Below, in pieces: positions 50,101 to 62,960 of a stretch of DNA of 64,000 nucleotides. Positions within the stretch are counted from its first letter, which is position 1; every line of letters begins with the position of its first letter. This DNA is from Macrostomum lignano (taxonomy: Eukaryota). Position numbers and translations under genes: made by a program. The stretch spans positions 177,808-241,807 of the forward strand of contig NIVC01001753.1 of assembly GCA_002269645.1 (NCBI GenBank), read 5' to 3'. The notes under the pieces are model-generated. The model was not told the origin of the DNA, made no database searches, and saw only the letters and a list, made by a program, of their open reading frames with translations.

Positions 50101-53100
50101 TTAAATTCTGCTTTTAGTGTAAAAAATCAAAGGTAAGCATGTACAATAATAAATCGACCCTGGTTGGGGTTTTTAGTACGAAAATTGGCGAAGATTGGGA
50201 AGATGTCACCGAAGGCGTTGCGTTAGGGAGCCCACAAGCCCTACTGGAAATATTTGTTTTAATATTTTATCCTTTCAGTTATTGTAAATTAAATTTACCA
50301 ATCAAGTTTACACTCGTTATGTACATCAACTGTAAAATGACTGTATATAAGAGTTTCACATTCAATTGTCAGATTTCATGAATTTATGGTATTCGAAGCC
50401 CAGCTATCAAGTGAAGAGAAATTCGATGCCAAGACAGCTGGTTTTTATTCCTGTGCCGGAGTGGGCAGCCAAGGGCAGGCCAGCAGGGACCAAATAAACG
50501 GGCAGGGTCGTAAAGCACCGGTCAAGGTCAGCACAGGCGCATCAAATCCCAGTTGGGCCTGCTTTCGGTTTCTGAACAAGAACTCTCGCTCTGTTTCTGC
50601 TGGCTTCTCCAAAGCTGCCGCCTCCGCTGCTGCGGTGTCGAGAACCTCAATAATAATAAAAAACTTGCAGCATCCCAAAATGGGAAGCGCGTGGGCGGAA
50701 GTCCCAGGCTCAGCCCATCCCTCTTTCCCTGCCCAAGGTCCCGGAGTTGGCCGTGTCGGATTTCCCGCTCTGCTCAGCTCTCTTCTCAGCCATCTTCTTT
50801 TTTGTACAGCCGTTTCGGCTAGTTGCAACACACCGCATAGCACGGAGTGGGCCTAACGGTAGAAATTTAACAAATTAATAGAGTTGTCTGTACCTCTCGC
50901 TAGAGGCCCGAGGAAGGTTCCAGAGTTTTTTAGCCCAAAATTCACACGATCTCAACATTTTAACGTCCGGATGGCAAATCAAGAGAGTGGGAAGAGTGAG
51001 AATCTTATCGAGCTATTTTTTTTCATGGAAGGCTACCGGAGACCGGCAAACGAGCCAAGTTGCTATCTACTTTTACTGTCTATGGGCCGAAACCCAATTG
51101 ACGTTACAAAACCTTAGCAAATTTATTACATTATTTATAGAATAAAAACTGTGATTCGTGTATTTATTTAGCTCAAGAAACTTGTGAATCAACCTAAGAA
51201 AAAGGCACACACATTTAATTTGTAGTTTGGAAGTCCAGAAGGCCCTACGAATTGTCAACTTGCAAGCTTAAATATTACAGTGGCAATCACAGAAACTAGG
51301 AACAACTAGATGGGCCACTCAGCACATTTTCGTGCAAGCTACTATTCACTTCAGTAGAGTGTTTTACACAAGCATTTTAATGTATTTTTAAAGACAAGGT
51401 AATTTATTGACTCTTTACCCACCCCCCACTAGCTTAAAGCCATCCAAACCGCCTTTCCACACAAATCTCTACCCCACCCCACCGCAAATTTATTGCCTTT
51501 TTCCCGCGTTCCAGCCAATTAAAGCTGGCATGAACATTTCAGTGGACTAGCTAATGTACATTATGGCTGAACCAATTAGCAAGTTGTTTATGTCTGCAAG
51601 CTTTGGCTGCAAAATCTACAAAGTTATCAAAGGTTTCTTTAAATAATAGCTTATGCATTCTTCCTTACTACTGAAATAAAAGTAGAAAACTGTTTACTAA
51701 ACATTTGTATACCTAGGTGGCCATCTATTTGTTCTAGTATCTGTGGTGGCAATATAGAACTCCCAGCCTAACATTTACAACCCTGTAAAACACTTTCAAG
51801 TACACACTTTTGTTGAACGAACAAATTGAACTGATAAAACGGGTCTTTATATAATTATATTATACTGAATGTACATTGAGTGTAAGCTTTTTCAACCTGC
51901 ACCTCTGCGCAACCCCCCCCCCCCCCAACTTTTACAGCGACATGGGTTGGCGGCGGCTACATCAATGGCACGGCTGAGATTGTGTTCAATCCGGCTTACG
52001 GATTGGTGTGGGCGTTGGCTCCGTTCGGCTATGCGCTCAGTCTGGTGCTTGGTGAGTGCCCAGTTTGTTGTGTTGATTGCTAGACGCTAGAAAAACTGTC
52101 AGACCACAACAAACCAGTGACAGACCCAAGTAAGCGCCACTGTCAGACCTCAGTAAGCGCCACTGTCAGACCTCAGTAAGCGCCACTGTCAGTTCTCAGT
52201 AAGCGCCACTGTCAGACCCCAGTAAGCGCCACTGTCAGACCCCAGTAAGCGCCACTGTCAGTTCTCAGTAAGCGCCAATGTCAGACCCCAGTAAGCGCTA
52301 CTGTCAGACCCAAGTAAGCGCCACTGTCAGACCTCAGTAAGCGCACCAGCCGACCTTCAACGCAATTCCAGGCGGCATATTCTTCGCGGCCAAGATGCGC
52401 ACCCAGGGCTACGTGACCATGCTGGACCCGTTCCAGTACAAGTACGGCGAGAGAATGTGCGGCCTGCTGTTCGTCCCCGCACTTCTTGGCGAGGTCTTCT
52501 GGTCCGCCGCCATTCTGTCCGCCCTGGGTGAGCCTAGAGTGAATTCTTTTATTATGGTGGAACGTAACGTGTTCGAGACATTACTCACTTCACGGCCATT
52601 CACGGCCATTCACTTCCGGTTCAATGGTCAAAATCCTATTTGCTTCCAGTTCCAACAATCGAAATCACATTCACTTCCGGCTCCTGTGTTCAAGATCTTA
52701 TTCACTTCCGGTTCCTATGTTCAAGATCTTATTCACTTCCGGTTCCTATATTTAAGATCTTATTCACTTCCGGTTCCTATGTTCAAGATCTTATTCACTT
52801 CCGGTTCCATGTTCAAGATCTTATTCACTTCCGGTTCCTATGTTCAAGATCTTATTCACTTCCGGTTCCTATATTTAAGATCTTATTCACTTCCGGTTCC
52901 ATGTTCAAAATCCAATTCACATCCGGTTGGAATTCCACTCTCTTGCATCAAAGTGTCGGTCACTTCCTTCCGGTCATTCATAATCCTAAAGCTGTCCTTA
53001 AGCCCTTAACTTGAATTGCAACAAAGCGTAATACTTAATTACTAAAAAAATCGAACTCAGGAGCCACACTAGAGGTGATCCTCAGCATGGGCAGCACCGA

Positions 53101-56100
53101 GTCAGTGATTGTGTCAGCCTGCATCGCCCTGGGCTACACTCTGTTCGGCGGACTCTACTCAGTGGCCTACACAGACGTTGTGCAGCTGTTCTGCATCTTC
53201 TTTGGACTGGTGAGGCCAGTGGAAGTTTCAATGTCACCATTCGAATACTGACAGATCCCCATTCGGATACTGACAGATCCCCATTCGAATACTGACAGAT
53301 CCCCATTCGGATACTGACAGATCCCCATTCGGATACTGACAGATCCCCATTCGGATACTGACAGATCCCCATTCGAATACTAACTGATTCAAATTCGAAT
53401 ACTGACAGATCCCCATTCGAATACTGACAGATCCCCATTCGAATACTGACAGATCCCCATTCGAATACTGACAGACTTCCCTTTCCGAATCGATGCAGAG
53501 TTTATTGCAAGCGTGATTGATTCGTCTTCTCTCCCTCATCCCAGCTCAACTGCCGACTCAGCAAATTTCTTTCCCAGATCTAGAAGCGTCGTGCTGTTTC
53601 GAGAAAACCTCTCCCGAATCGGAGAGTGAAAATCTTGAAAATCGATGCTTTTTGCTTTGATAGTCCTGTCCTGTCCCTTACCTTCAAGGAGAATTGGAGA
53701 GAGGGAAGCATTTGGGAAATTTTTCCCCTAGCTTACCGATCATTCTTGACTTCGCGTGCGATTCGAGCAGCAAATTGGATGGGAATAAAAAAATTCGATT
53801 CCCGCGAGCGTGCGCACGAATCTCGTCATCAAAGTGCCGTGTTCTCCTCCTGCTCGCCGCTCGTCTCTCCCGCCCTATGCCCCCTTGAGTTCTCCGCACG
53901 AACCAGCTAGAAAAAAGCAGCGCCTTTTAAAGGGAAAATGGAGAAAGAGAGTAAAGAAAAAATTGCGACATCTCTGCTTCCGCCTGGACGCTAGCGTTCT
54001 CGGCCATTGGGGACTGAGTAGGGGATAAATGCAATTAACGGCGTTCTGTCTCCCAGAGGATAACTGCCAAGCGATTCGCGCAGTCTGCTTTTCCAGCAGT
54101 CATTTCTCAGCCTCGATGAGTGTATTTACCCGAACAACACTACTTGCTACTAATGAGTAGCAGGGGACGCAAATTGTTTCACTTAATTGCATGCTATTTT
54201 TTAGTTTAAATCTTTCAAGGTCTCATTGCACCTCTACAAGTATGCAGTCCTCAGATCCTTCAGTTCCTTCTATCCAGTCCTCAGATCCTTCAGTTCCTTC
54301 TATCCAGTCCTCAGATCCTTCAGTTTCTTCTATTCAGTCCTCAGATCCTTCAGTTTCTTCTATTCAGTCCTCAGATCCTTCAGTTTCTTCTATTCAGTCC
54401 TCAGATCCTTCAGTTTCTTCTATCCAGTCCTCAGATCCTTCAGTTTCTTCTATTCAGTCCTCAGATCATTCAGTTTCTTCTATCCAGTCCTCAGATCCTC
54501 CAGTTCCTTCTATCCAGTCCTCAGATCCTCCAGTTCCTTCTATTCAGTCGTCAGATCCTCCAGTTTCTTCTATCCAGTCCTCAGATCATTCAGTTTCTTC
54601 TATCCAGTCCTCAGATCCTCCAGTTCCTTCTATCCAGTCCTCAGATCCTTCAGTTCCTTCTATCCAGTCCTCAGATCATTCAGTTTCTTCTATCCAGTCC
54701 TCAGATCCTCCAGTTCCTTCTATCCAGTCCTCAGATCCTCCAGTTCCTTCTATCCAGTCCTCAGATCATTCAGTTTCTTCTATCCAGTCCTCAGATCCTC
54801 CAGTTCCTTCTATCCAGTCCTCAGATCCTCCAGTTCCTTCTATCCAGTCCTCAGATCCTTCAGTTTCTTCTATTCAGTCCTCAGATCCTTCAGTTTCTTC
54901 TATTCAGTCCTCAGATCCTTCAGTTTCTTCTATTCAGTCCTCAGATCCTTCAGTTTCTTCTATCCAGTCCTCAGATCCTTCAGTTTCTTCTATTCAGTCC
55001 TCAGATCATTCAGTTTCTTCTATCCAGTCCTCAGATCCTCCAGTTCCTTCTATCCAGTCCTCAGATCCTCCAGTTCCTTCTATTCAGTCGTCAGATCCTC
55101 CAGTTTCTTCTATCCAGTCCTCAGATCATTCAGTTTCTTCTATCCAGTCCTCAGATCCTCCAGTTCCTTCTATCCAGTCCTCAGATCCTTCAGTTCCTTC
55201 TATCCAGTCCTCAGATCATTCAGTTTCTTCTATCCAGTCCTCAGATCCTCCAGTTCCTTCTATCCAGTCCTCAGATCCTCCAGTTCCTTCTATCCAGTCC
55301 TCAGATCATTCAGTTTCTTCTATCCAGTCCTCAGATCCTCCAGTTCCTTCTATCCAGTCCTCAGATCCTCCAGTTCCTTCTATCCAGTCCTCAGATCCTT
55401 CAGTTTCTTCTATCCAGTCCTCAGATACTTCAGTTTCTTCCATTCAGTCGTCAGATCCTTCAGTTTCTTCTATTCAGTCCTCAGGTCCTTCAACCCTTCT
55501 CTCTTCAACCCAAATCACGTGACAAATAACTGGCCGCTCTCGTCCACCCACCCAGTGGCTCTCGGTGCCGTTCGCCATGACCAGCAGCTACACCCAGCCA
55601 ATCCTGAGCACGGCGGTCCAGCGGGTGTGGAACGGCACTGAGCAGTTCGGCTGGCTCGGCAAGCTGGACCCCCTGGACGGAGCCAATTACGCAGACAACC
55701 TGCTCATGCTCACCTTCGGTGGCATTCCCTGGCAGGTGTACTTTCAACGGGTGCTGTCGGCTAAGTCGGCCAAGAAGGCCCAGGTTCTGTCCTATGTGGC
55801 CGCCTTTGGCTGCCTGCTGATGGCCGTGCCGTCTGTTCTGATTGGCGCGGTGGCCGCTTCTGCTGGTGAGAGCTGTTATGAATGCTGTTATGAATGCTGT
55901 TATGAATGCTGTTATGAATGCTGTTATGAATGCTGTTATGAATGCTGTTGTGAATGCTGTTATGAATGGTGTGGCTGTTATGAATGGTGTGGCTGTTATG
56001 AATGGTGTGGCTGTTATGAATGGTGTGGCTGTTATGAATGGTGTGGCTGTTATGAACGGTGTGGCTGTTATGAATGGTGTTATGAATGGTGTGGCTGTTA

Positions 56101-57279
56101 TGAACGGTGTGGCTGTTATGAATGGTGTTATGAATGGTGTGGCTGTTATGAATAATGTGGCTGTTATGAATGCTGTTATGAATGGTGTGGCTGTTATGAA
56201 TGCTGTTATGAATGGTGTGGCTGTTATGAATGCTGTTATGAATGCTGTGGCTGTTATGAATGCTGTTATGAATGGTGTGGCTGTTATGAATGCTGTTATG
56301 AATGGTGTGGCTGTGAGTGCATTAGTGTCAAGCTGAAGAACGCCATAAACTTAGCGCATTTACCTGATTCAAGTCTCCAAACTATGCCGCAGACTGGGAG
56401 GCGACTGGCTTTCTCAACAAAACCGAAGGCCAGTTCGCGGAAAAAGAGATGAAGCTGATCCTGCCGCTGGTGCTCCAGTACCTCTGCCCGCCAGTCGTGT
56501 CATTCCTTGGCCTCGGGGTAGTCTCCGCCGCCGTCATGTCCTCCGCTGACAGCTCGATCCTGTCCGCAGCCTCGATGTTTGCTCGAAACGTCATGAAGCC
56601 GATCTTCTGGCAGCAGGCCACGGACCGGCAGATCATCTGGTCGATGCGAGTCGCCATAGCCGTCATCGGCGCCATCGCCTGCGTGCTGGCAATCAAGATC
56701 ACCACCATCTACGGCCTGTGGTTCCTCTGCTCCGATCTGGTCTTTGTCATCCTGTTCCCGCAGCTGCTCAACGTCATCTATATTAAGAAGTCGAACACAT
56801 ACGGCTCCCTGGCTGGCTACCTGGTCGGCCTGTTCTGCCGCCTCACCGCCGGCGAGACGCTGCTGTTCCTGCCGCCGCTGTTCCGCTATCCGGGATTCGT
56901 CGACGGGGAAGGCTTCTACCAGCGGTTCCCGGTGAAGACGCTCAGCATGCTGCTGTCTCTGGCAGCTTGCGTGGGCGTCAGCTACTTCACCGACTGGCTG
57001 TTCCACACCGGCCGCCTGCAGAAGCATCACGACGTGTTTCGCTGCGTGGTTAACGTGGCCCCAGCAGAAGTGGAAGAGTCTCAGGGCGAGATGCTGTCAA
57101 TCAGCAAGCTGAACCTCAGCCCGAACTCGCGCACCGGCAAGACCTTCGAATTGGACGTTCCGCAGTCGTCTGGCCGGGCTGCCGCTGCCGCCGCCGCCGC
57201 CGACTCTGAAGGTGCCGACGCGAAGCCGATAGCTGAGGCCGAAGCAGAGGAGAAGGCGCCCCTGTCCAATCATAATTGA
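47194..57279 (+). CDS. SLC5A7: High-affinity choline transporter (SSS family): join(47194-47368, 51938-52051, 52372-52527, 53061-53209, 55556-55865, 56393-57279), 596 aa
   Basis: All five introns are GT-AG and phase-compatible (1791 nt in total). Motifs: [123 protein letters not shown]. Confidence 0.95.
47440..47975. repeat. 24-bp pyrimidine minisatellite, intron 1
   Basis: (CTCCCTTCTTCCATTCTCCCCT/GT..)n, translating as SPFFHSPL repeats. Confidence 0.93.
48515..48875. repeat. C/T-rich low-complexity repeat, intron 1
   Basis: Repeats of CCCTCTCCCGTCTC variants. Confidence 0.85.
51288..51746. mobile_element. Possible small non-autonomous element (MITE/HINE-like), intron 1
   Basis: Imperfect ~30-bp inverted repeat CACAGAAACTAGGAACAACTAGATGGGCCAC versus GTGGCCATCTATTTGTTCTAGTATCTGTG. 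No TSD found. Confidence 0.35.
52120..52345. repeat. 23-bp minisatellite, intron 2
   Basis: CAGTAAGCGCCACTGTCAGACCT at 52151, 52174, 52197 and onward. Confidence 0.93.
52590..52965. repeat. ~31-bp minisatellite, intron 3
   Basis: (TTCAAGATCTTATTCACTTCCGGTTCCTATG)n. Confidence 0.9.
53235..53478. repeat. 23-bp minisatellite, intron 4
   Basis: (CATTCGGATACTGACAGATCCCC)n. Confidence 0.93.
54243..55490. repeat. 30-bp minisatellite, intron 4 (~41 copies)
   Basis: (TCAGATCCTTCAGTTTCTTCTATCCAGTCC)n; explains ORFs 54191-55522 and 54226-55641. Confidence 0.97.
55871..56312. repeat. 12/18-bp minisatellite, intron 5
   Basis: (TGCTGTTATGAA)n and (TGGTGTGGCTGTTATGAA)n. Confidence 0.95.
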
Positions 57280-57708
57280 CTCGGACAGTCATAAATCAAA
57301 TAGTTTATGGTCTCGACTGTTGTCATTCTATATTATTAACTAAATAGTACCTGTTGTACTTTTTTGAGCAGATTTTGTGCTTTAGGGTGAATCTGATCAT
57401 ATAGTGAATCTGATCATATACTGAATCTGATCATGTGATAACTTTGTTAAGCGAGGCAGAAGTGTGGAATTGCAGGAGTGAGTAAAAGGTGCTCGCTTGA
57501 GAGCTAGGCTGCTAACATTTATTATTTAGCACTGAGGTGGTGGGTGCAGACAGATTCAAACGCGCGCATGGGGTGGGGTGGAATAAAATACAATCTCTAA
57601 GCCGATCAATAACAACTCCACTGCTAGCGAGTCAACACTACAGTGCATGCAACCTATAGCAAAGTTCATCGTGTCACTATGTCACATCTCCCCCCTAAGT
57701 TAACGCCC

Positions 57709-58352
57709 TCACTGCAGCATCAATCTGTTAGGTGGTGCTCGAACTCGAGTCGGGTAGCGCCGGGGTGCCTCGTTAGCAGAGTCAGCCGTGTCTGCCTGCG
57801 GCGAGGCTGGCGTGCCGCCAGCGTCAGGTGCCGCGCAGTCCTCGGCCGGGGTTGTGCTGCTATTCGACTCGGCCAACCCAGCGGGAGCCGCCAGCAGCTG
57901 GTCAGCGTGTCGCGCTTGTACGCCGCGCCCAGAATCGACTGTGCAGTTGCGAGTGCCGGCATTGACAATGACACCTTCGGCCCAGCGGCTGCTTTCTCCT
58001 GCACGAGCAGCAGTGCTGAAATCGCGGTAGAGCACACGATCTCCAGGCTGGAACTGGCGCGCTGGCCGCTGCTGCTGAAGCTGATGCTGCTGTCGCTGTT
58101 GCATGGCCGAAGTCAACGATGGTGTCAGGAGGTCCAGCCGGCTGCGCAGCCGGCGGCCAATGAGCAGCTGACTCGGCGCGGTGCCACTGACGCTGTGCGG
58201 AGTGTTGCGATAGGCCATCAGCAGTCGTTGAAGTTGCGCGTCTGAGTGACCGCACTTACTCAGATGCCGCTTCAGTACCTGGACGAAGCGCTCGGCCTGG
58301 CCGTTGGTCACCGAGTGGAATGGCGCCGAGAAGATGTGCCGGATGCCGTTGG
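57709..58352 (-). pseudogene. Integrase C-terminal remnant
   Basis: NGIRHIFSAPFHSVTNGQAERFVQVLK...AYRNTPHSVSGTAPSQLLIGR. The HHCC domain and first two catalytic Asp residues are absent. Confidence 0.88.
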
Positions 58353-60930
58353 AACTGACTCGAGCGCATAGTCATAGCTCGCCAGCCGGATCGCCCACCG
58401 CTGCATGCGGGCTGCAGCGTGTGCCGGGATGCCTTTCCGCTCGCCCAGTAGCCCGAGTAGCGGCAGGTGATCAGTGACTATCGTGAATCTCCGGCCGTAG
58501 AGGAATTGATGGAAGCGGTGCAGCCCGAACATTATGGCCAGCGCCTCCTTGTCGAGCTGCGAGTAGCCCCGCTGAGCTGCGTTCAGGGTGCGGCTAGCGA
58601 ATGCCACTGCGCAGTCTTTGTTGTCGATGCGATGGGACAACACCACACCCACTCCGTATGGTGAAGCGTCACACTCGAGCCGCAGCGGCAGATCCGGATT
58701 GTAATGCACCAGCACAGGTGAATGGAGCAGCAGACGCTTAGCTTCGCTGAAGGCGGTTTGCTGCGGCTTGTCCCACGTCCAACGAACGTCCTTGGCCAGC
58801 AGCTGATTGAGCGGCGCCACAACGGTGGACAGGTTAGGCAGGAACCGGCCGTACTGAGTCAGCATGCCGAGGAACGAGCGCAGCTGGCTGATATCCTTCG
58901 GCGCTGGGGCGTCTTGAATTGCGGCCACCCTGTCCGTCAGCGGGCTGAGTCCACATGCGTCAATGCGATAACCCAGATACTCGACTGAGTCCATGAAGAA
59001 CTGGCTCTTTTGCTTGTTCAGCCTGAGTCCCGAATCAAGAAGGCGCTGCAGAACTTCTTCCAGGTTTTTCTTATATTGGTGCATCGTCTTGCCGGTGACC
59101 AGGATGTCATCGACAAACACCTGGACAGAGTCGAGATCTCCTAGCAGAGTGTCCAGCGTCCGTTGGAAGATCGCAGTGGCGCACTTGATCCCAAAAGGCA
59201 TGCGATTGAGCTGGTAGAGTCCCTTCGGCGTGTTGATCGTGACGAAGGCTTTGCTGTCTTCGGCGAGCGGAAGCTGCAGGAAGGCATTGGACAGATCGAG
59301 TTTTGTCCACTTGCAGCCGCCTCCCAGCTTGGCAAACAGGTCCTCGATCTTAGGCAGAGGGTATTGCTCGGTCAGGCACGCCGGGTTGAAAGTTTGCGTA
59401 TAATCACCGCAAATCCTGACGCCGCCATCCTTCTTGACCACCGGAACGATCGGAGAGGCCCAATCGCTGTGCTTAACCGCCGAAATGATGCCGTTGGCCT
59501 CCAGTCTCTGCAGCTCCTCGTCCACGCGCTCTCGTAGTGCATACGGAACCGGGCGGGCTTTAAAGAACCGAGGTTGGGCACCGTCGACGACGTTGAGCCG
59601 CACTTTACCGTGTCGATATTCGCCAAGTCGGTCCTCGAACACCGCAGCAAATCTCTCATGCAGGTCGCTGATGTCGCTATCGGTCGACACGGCGTGCACC
59701 TGGGCCATAATTGTCGGCCAGTCCAGCCGAAGGTGAGCCAGCCAGTCTCGTCCCAGCAGTGCCGTGTCTCCTTTGTCGACTACAAGCAGCGGTAGCTGTA
59801 GCTGCTGGGTGTTGTGCTGGACGCAGACTGTGGCTTGGCCTCGCGGATGAAAGCGTTCATTGGTGAAGGTTCGCAGCACTGCAGCCGATGGAGCCAGTTG
59901 TAGCTGAGGGAGTAACTTTTGCTGCAGCTGCTGCGGCATCAGCGTGACTGCAGAGCCGGTGTCGATGACAAACTGGCATTCCTGGCCGTTGACGAGCAGC
60001 ATGACTGTCGGTCCAGCGTTTCTGCCTGTTGGTCGGACTGCGAAGATGGGCACCTGGGTGTCACACGCGCCTTCGACAGTAGGTGCCATCCGCTCCTCTT
60101 GTAGCATGTGTAGCTTGGCCTGCTTGGTGAACTGGCAGACCTTGCGGATATGGCCGACCTTGCCGCATGCATGGCACTTGGCGTCCCTGAACTTGCATGA
60201 ATGACGCTCGTGGGAACCGCCACAGCTTTTGCATGAGCTGCCACCGCCACCGTTGCCGCTGCCGTTGCCGCTGCCGTTGCCGCTGCCGCCGTTGCCGCTG
60301 CCGCCGTTGTCGCTGCCGCTGACCCGATGCCCTCTGTGGTGCGCTGAGGGTGTCACCTGCTTGCGGCTACCTCTCTTGCTGACAAATTGCAGATTGGCAA
60401 CAGACTCCGATGCCCTTTGTGACATCTCCAGGGACGAACGCTCTGCAGACTCCAGCGACATAGCCTTTGTTTGCAGGGATTCGAAAGTCGGCTCAACGAC
60501 TTCCAGCAGCTTGGCTCGATAGGCGTTGCTTCGAAGGCCGAACACGAGTTGGTCTCGGAGCCGCTCATTTAGCGACTCACCGAAGTTGCAGTCATCTGAC
60601 AGAGCCTGGAGCCCCGCGATGAATGCCGTGAAGCTCTCGCCTGCTTGCTGAGTTCGTTGTTGGAAACGGAACCTCGCAGCTAGCTCCGAAGGCTTGGGTG
60701 CGAAGTGCGTTGTCAGCAGCTTCTTCAGGTCAGCGTAAGACTTCTGCGCCACTTGGACCGGCTGGCACAGACTCCGCAGTGTGATGTAAGCCTCCTCTCC
60801 GATCGACGTGATCAGAGTTGCCACTTTTGCTTCATCCTTCACCTCCTTGCAGATGAAGTACTGCTCGAGACGCTCTAGGAAGATCTCGATGTTTGTAATG
60901 GTAGCAGTTGGCCCAGCGTGGGCAGACTCG
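58308..60930 (-). CDS. Gag-protease-RT-RNase H polyprotein (single frame, no ATG seen at the 5' end)
   Basis: ERLEQYF...ELAARFRFQQR (Gag), CKSCGGSH and CHACGKVGHIRKVC knuckles, IDTGSA (protease), WASPIVPV...RICGDY, FVDDILV (RT), CDASPYGVG...YSQLDKEALAI (RNase H). Confidence 0.93.
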
Positions 60931-61190
60931 TCGCCATTGTGATAACTTTGTTAAGCGAGGCAGAAGTGTGGAATTGCAGGAGTGAGTAAAAGGTGCTCGC
61001 TTGAGAGCTAGGCTGCTAACATTTATTATTTAGCACTGAGGTGGTGGGTTCAGACAGATTCAAACGCGCGCATGGGGTGGGGTGGAATAAAATACAATCT
61101 CTAAGCCGATCAATAACAACTCCACTGCTAGCGAGTCAACACTACAGTGCATACAACCTATAGCAAAGTTTATCGTGTCACTATGTCACA

Positions 61191-61735
61191 GATCATATAC
61201 TGAATCTGATCATATAGTGAATCTGATCCTATTGTGAATCTGATCCTATAGTGAATCTGATCATATAGTGAATCTGATCATATACTGAATCTGATCATAT
61301 AGTGAATCTGATCCTATAGTGAATCTGATCCTATTGTGAATCTGATCCTATGTGAATCTGATCATATTGTGAATCTGATCCTATTGTGAATCTGATCCTA
61401 TGTGAATCTGATCCTATTGTGAATCTGATCATATTGTGAATCTGATCCTATAGTGAATCTGATCATATATTGAATCTGATCATATAGTGAATCTGATCAT
61501 ATAGTGAATCTGATCCTTGTGAATCTGATCCTATTGTGAATCTGATCCTATTGTGAATCTGATCCTATTGTGAATCTGATCCTATTGTGAATCTGATCAT
61601 ATAGTGGATCTGATCCTATTGTAAATCTCTGATCATACAGTGAATCTGATCCTATTGTGAATCTGAACATATTGTGAATCTGATCATATAGTGAATCTGA
61701 TAATATCGTGAATCTGATCATATAGTGAATCTGAT
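61191..61735. repeat. 17-bp satellite (TGAATCTGATCATATAG)n, split by the Gypsy insertion (left part 57387-57433)
   Basis: The same unit occurs on both sides of the element, and the TSD GATCA is part of the unit. Confidence 0.95.
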
Positions 61736-62272
61736 GGAGTGTATGTATTAATTTTAGAGATTTTTGTTGTACAACAATATATTATCGCTATTGTTTTAGA
61801 ATAATGAATATTTTATTAGTTTAGTCTCAAATGCATGACAATTAATAATCTGCTTGCCGAACATTCTGCTTAAAAACTCATCTAAATTTACTAAAATGCA
61901 ATGATATCGGAAAACAACAGAAATTCGTGTTTGATAGCATTTTGTTCTGCATTATGCACCCTTATTTTTAGTTAAGATTATTTAATTACCTGTGTGGCAT
62001 AATAGCTGATATATCTATAAATTTATTTATGTCATGATGACACCACCTCTACTGCAGTTACAAACCATTGGCATAATCAAATTTCATTCCGCAGACTTAA
62101 ACAACAGTTCATAATTTTGTTGTTCTTTGGTCTGAGTTTTGCAGGCATAATAACTATATATATTATTTATTTATTAATTAATTAGTTATTTAGTGAACTA
62201 TTGTCTGTACTTTGCCGTTAACTTGCTTGTGCTGTTGTGCTGCTTTGTAGTGATAATTGGCACCGCCCGTAA

Positions 62273-62452
62273 CAGGGACTACCTCAAACACCGGGACGGG
62301 AGACTAAAGTTTTTTACGAGGCTGGCTGGCAATTATTTGCATTAGAGAGATGCTGTGTTGCTTTGTTGTCTATGGTTATTTTCTACTGCTGATAAAAGAC
62401 CAGCCTCGTAAAAAATTCCTGGTTTCCCGTCCCGGTGTTTGAGTAGTCCCTG
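62273..62452. mobile_element. hAT-type MITE (180 bp)
   Basis: ~55-bp TIRs CAGGGACTACCTCAAACACCGGGACGGG / CCCGTCCCGGTGTTTGAGTAGTCCCTG. Exact 8-bp TSD GCCCGTAA. Confidence 0.9.
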
Positions 62453-62643
62453 GCCCGTAATTTATTCTGCGGCACAGAACCCATCTGGCTACTAATAGTA
62501 GGCCGGATCGTTTTCATTAATGATTAAAAATTGTTTTAATTGTTTGATGCAGAATCATTCCCGGAACCGGAACCTTTTTCTATTAGACTTATGGGGGAAC
62601 CTTTGTCCCCCCAATAATAAGTCTAATAATAGACTTAGAGTCT

Positions 62644-62960
62644 AATAATAATAATAGTAGATTAATAATATTTGATTACACCTGCCCTAATGGCCAGATG
62701 TGCAACCGACAGCTCAGTTGCAGCTATTGCGCAGCGCATCTGAAGGCTGCGTACGGCTGTTCAGTCCAAGGACTGGGTGGTCGCCACACACACCCTCAGT
62801 TACCCCAGCTAATGCTGGCACCCATTTTACAGCTGGGTGAGCTGAAGCAATGCATGGTTGAGTGTCTTGTTCAAGGACCCAAATTGTTCGAGTGGGATCG
62901 GGAATCGAACCCCCGACCTTCAAGTCGCGAGTCCGACGCTCTAACCACTAGGCTACAACC
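62644..62960 (-). mobile_element. tRNA-derived SINE
   Basis: Head TAGCCTAGTGG (A box)...GGTTCGATTCC (B box). Body CCTTGAACAAGACACTCAACC...CACCCAGCTGTAAAATGGGT resembles conserved SINE central domains. (ATT)n tail. Confidence 0.8.

Larger units (their letters stand above)
57434..61190 (-). mobile_element. Ty3/Gypsy (Mag-like) LTR retrotransposon with internal integrase deletion
   Basis: 253-bp TG...CA LTRs at 57434-57686 and 60938-61190 (3 mismatches by eye). TSD GATCA. PBS TGGCGACGAG (60927-60936). PPT AGGGGGGAGA (57687-57696). Confidence 0.97.

Noticed and set aside
54191-55641. 443-aa and 471-aa repetitive ORFs
   Set aside because: These are translations of a 30-bp minisatellite inside intron 4 of the SLC5A7-like gene.
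62888-62960. tRNA-Ala(CGC)-like gene
   Set aside because: It continues into a SINE body and (ATT)n tail, and the stems are imperfect, so it is a SINE head.
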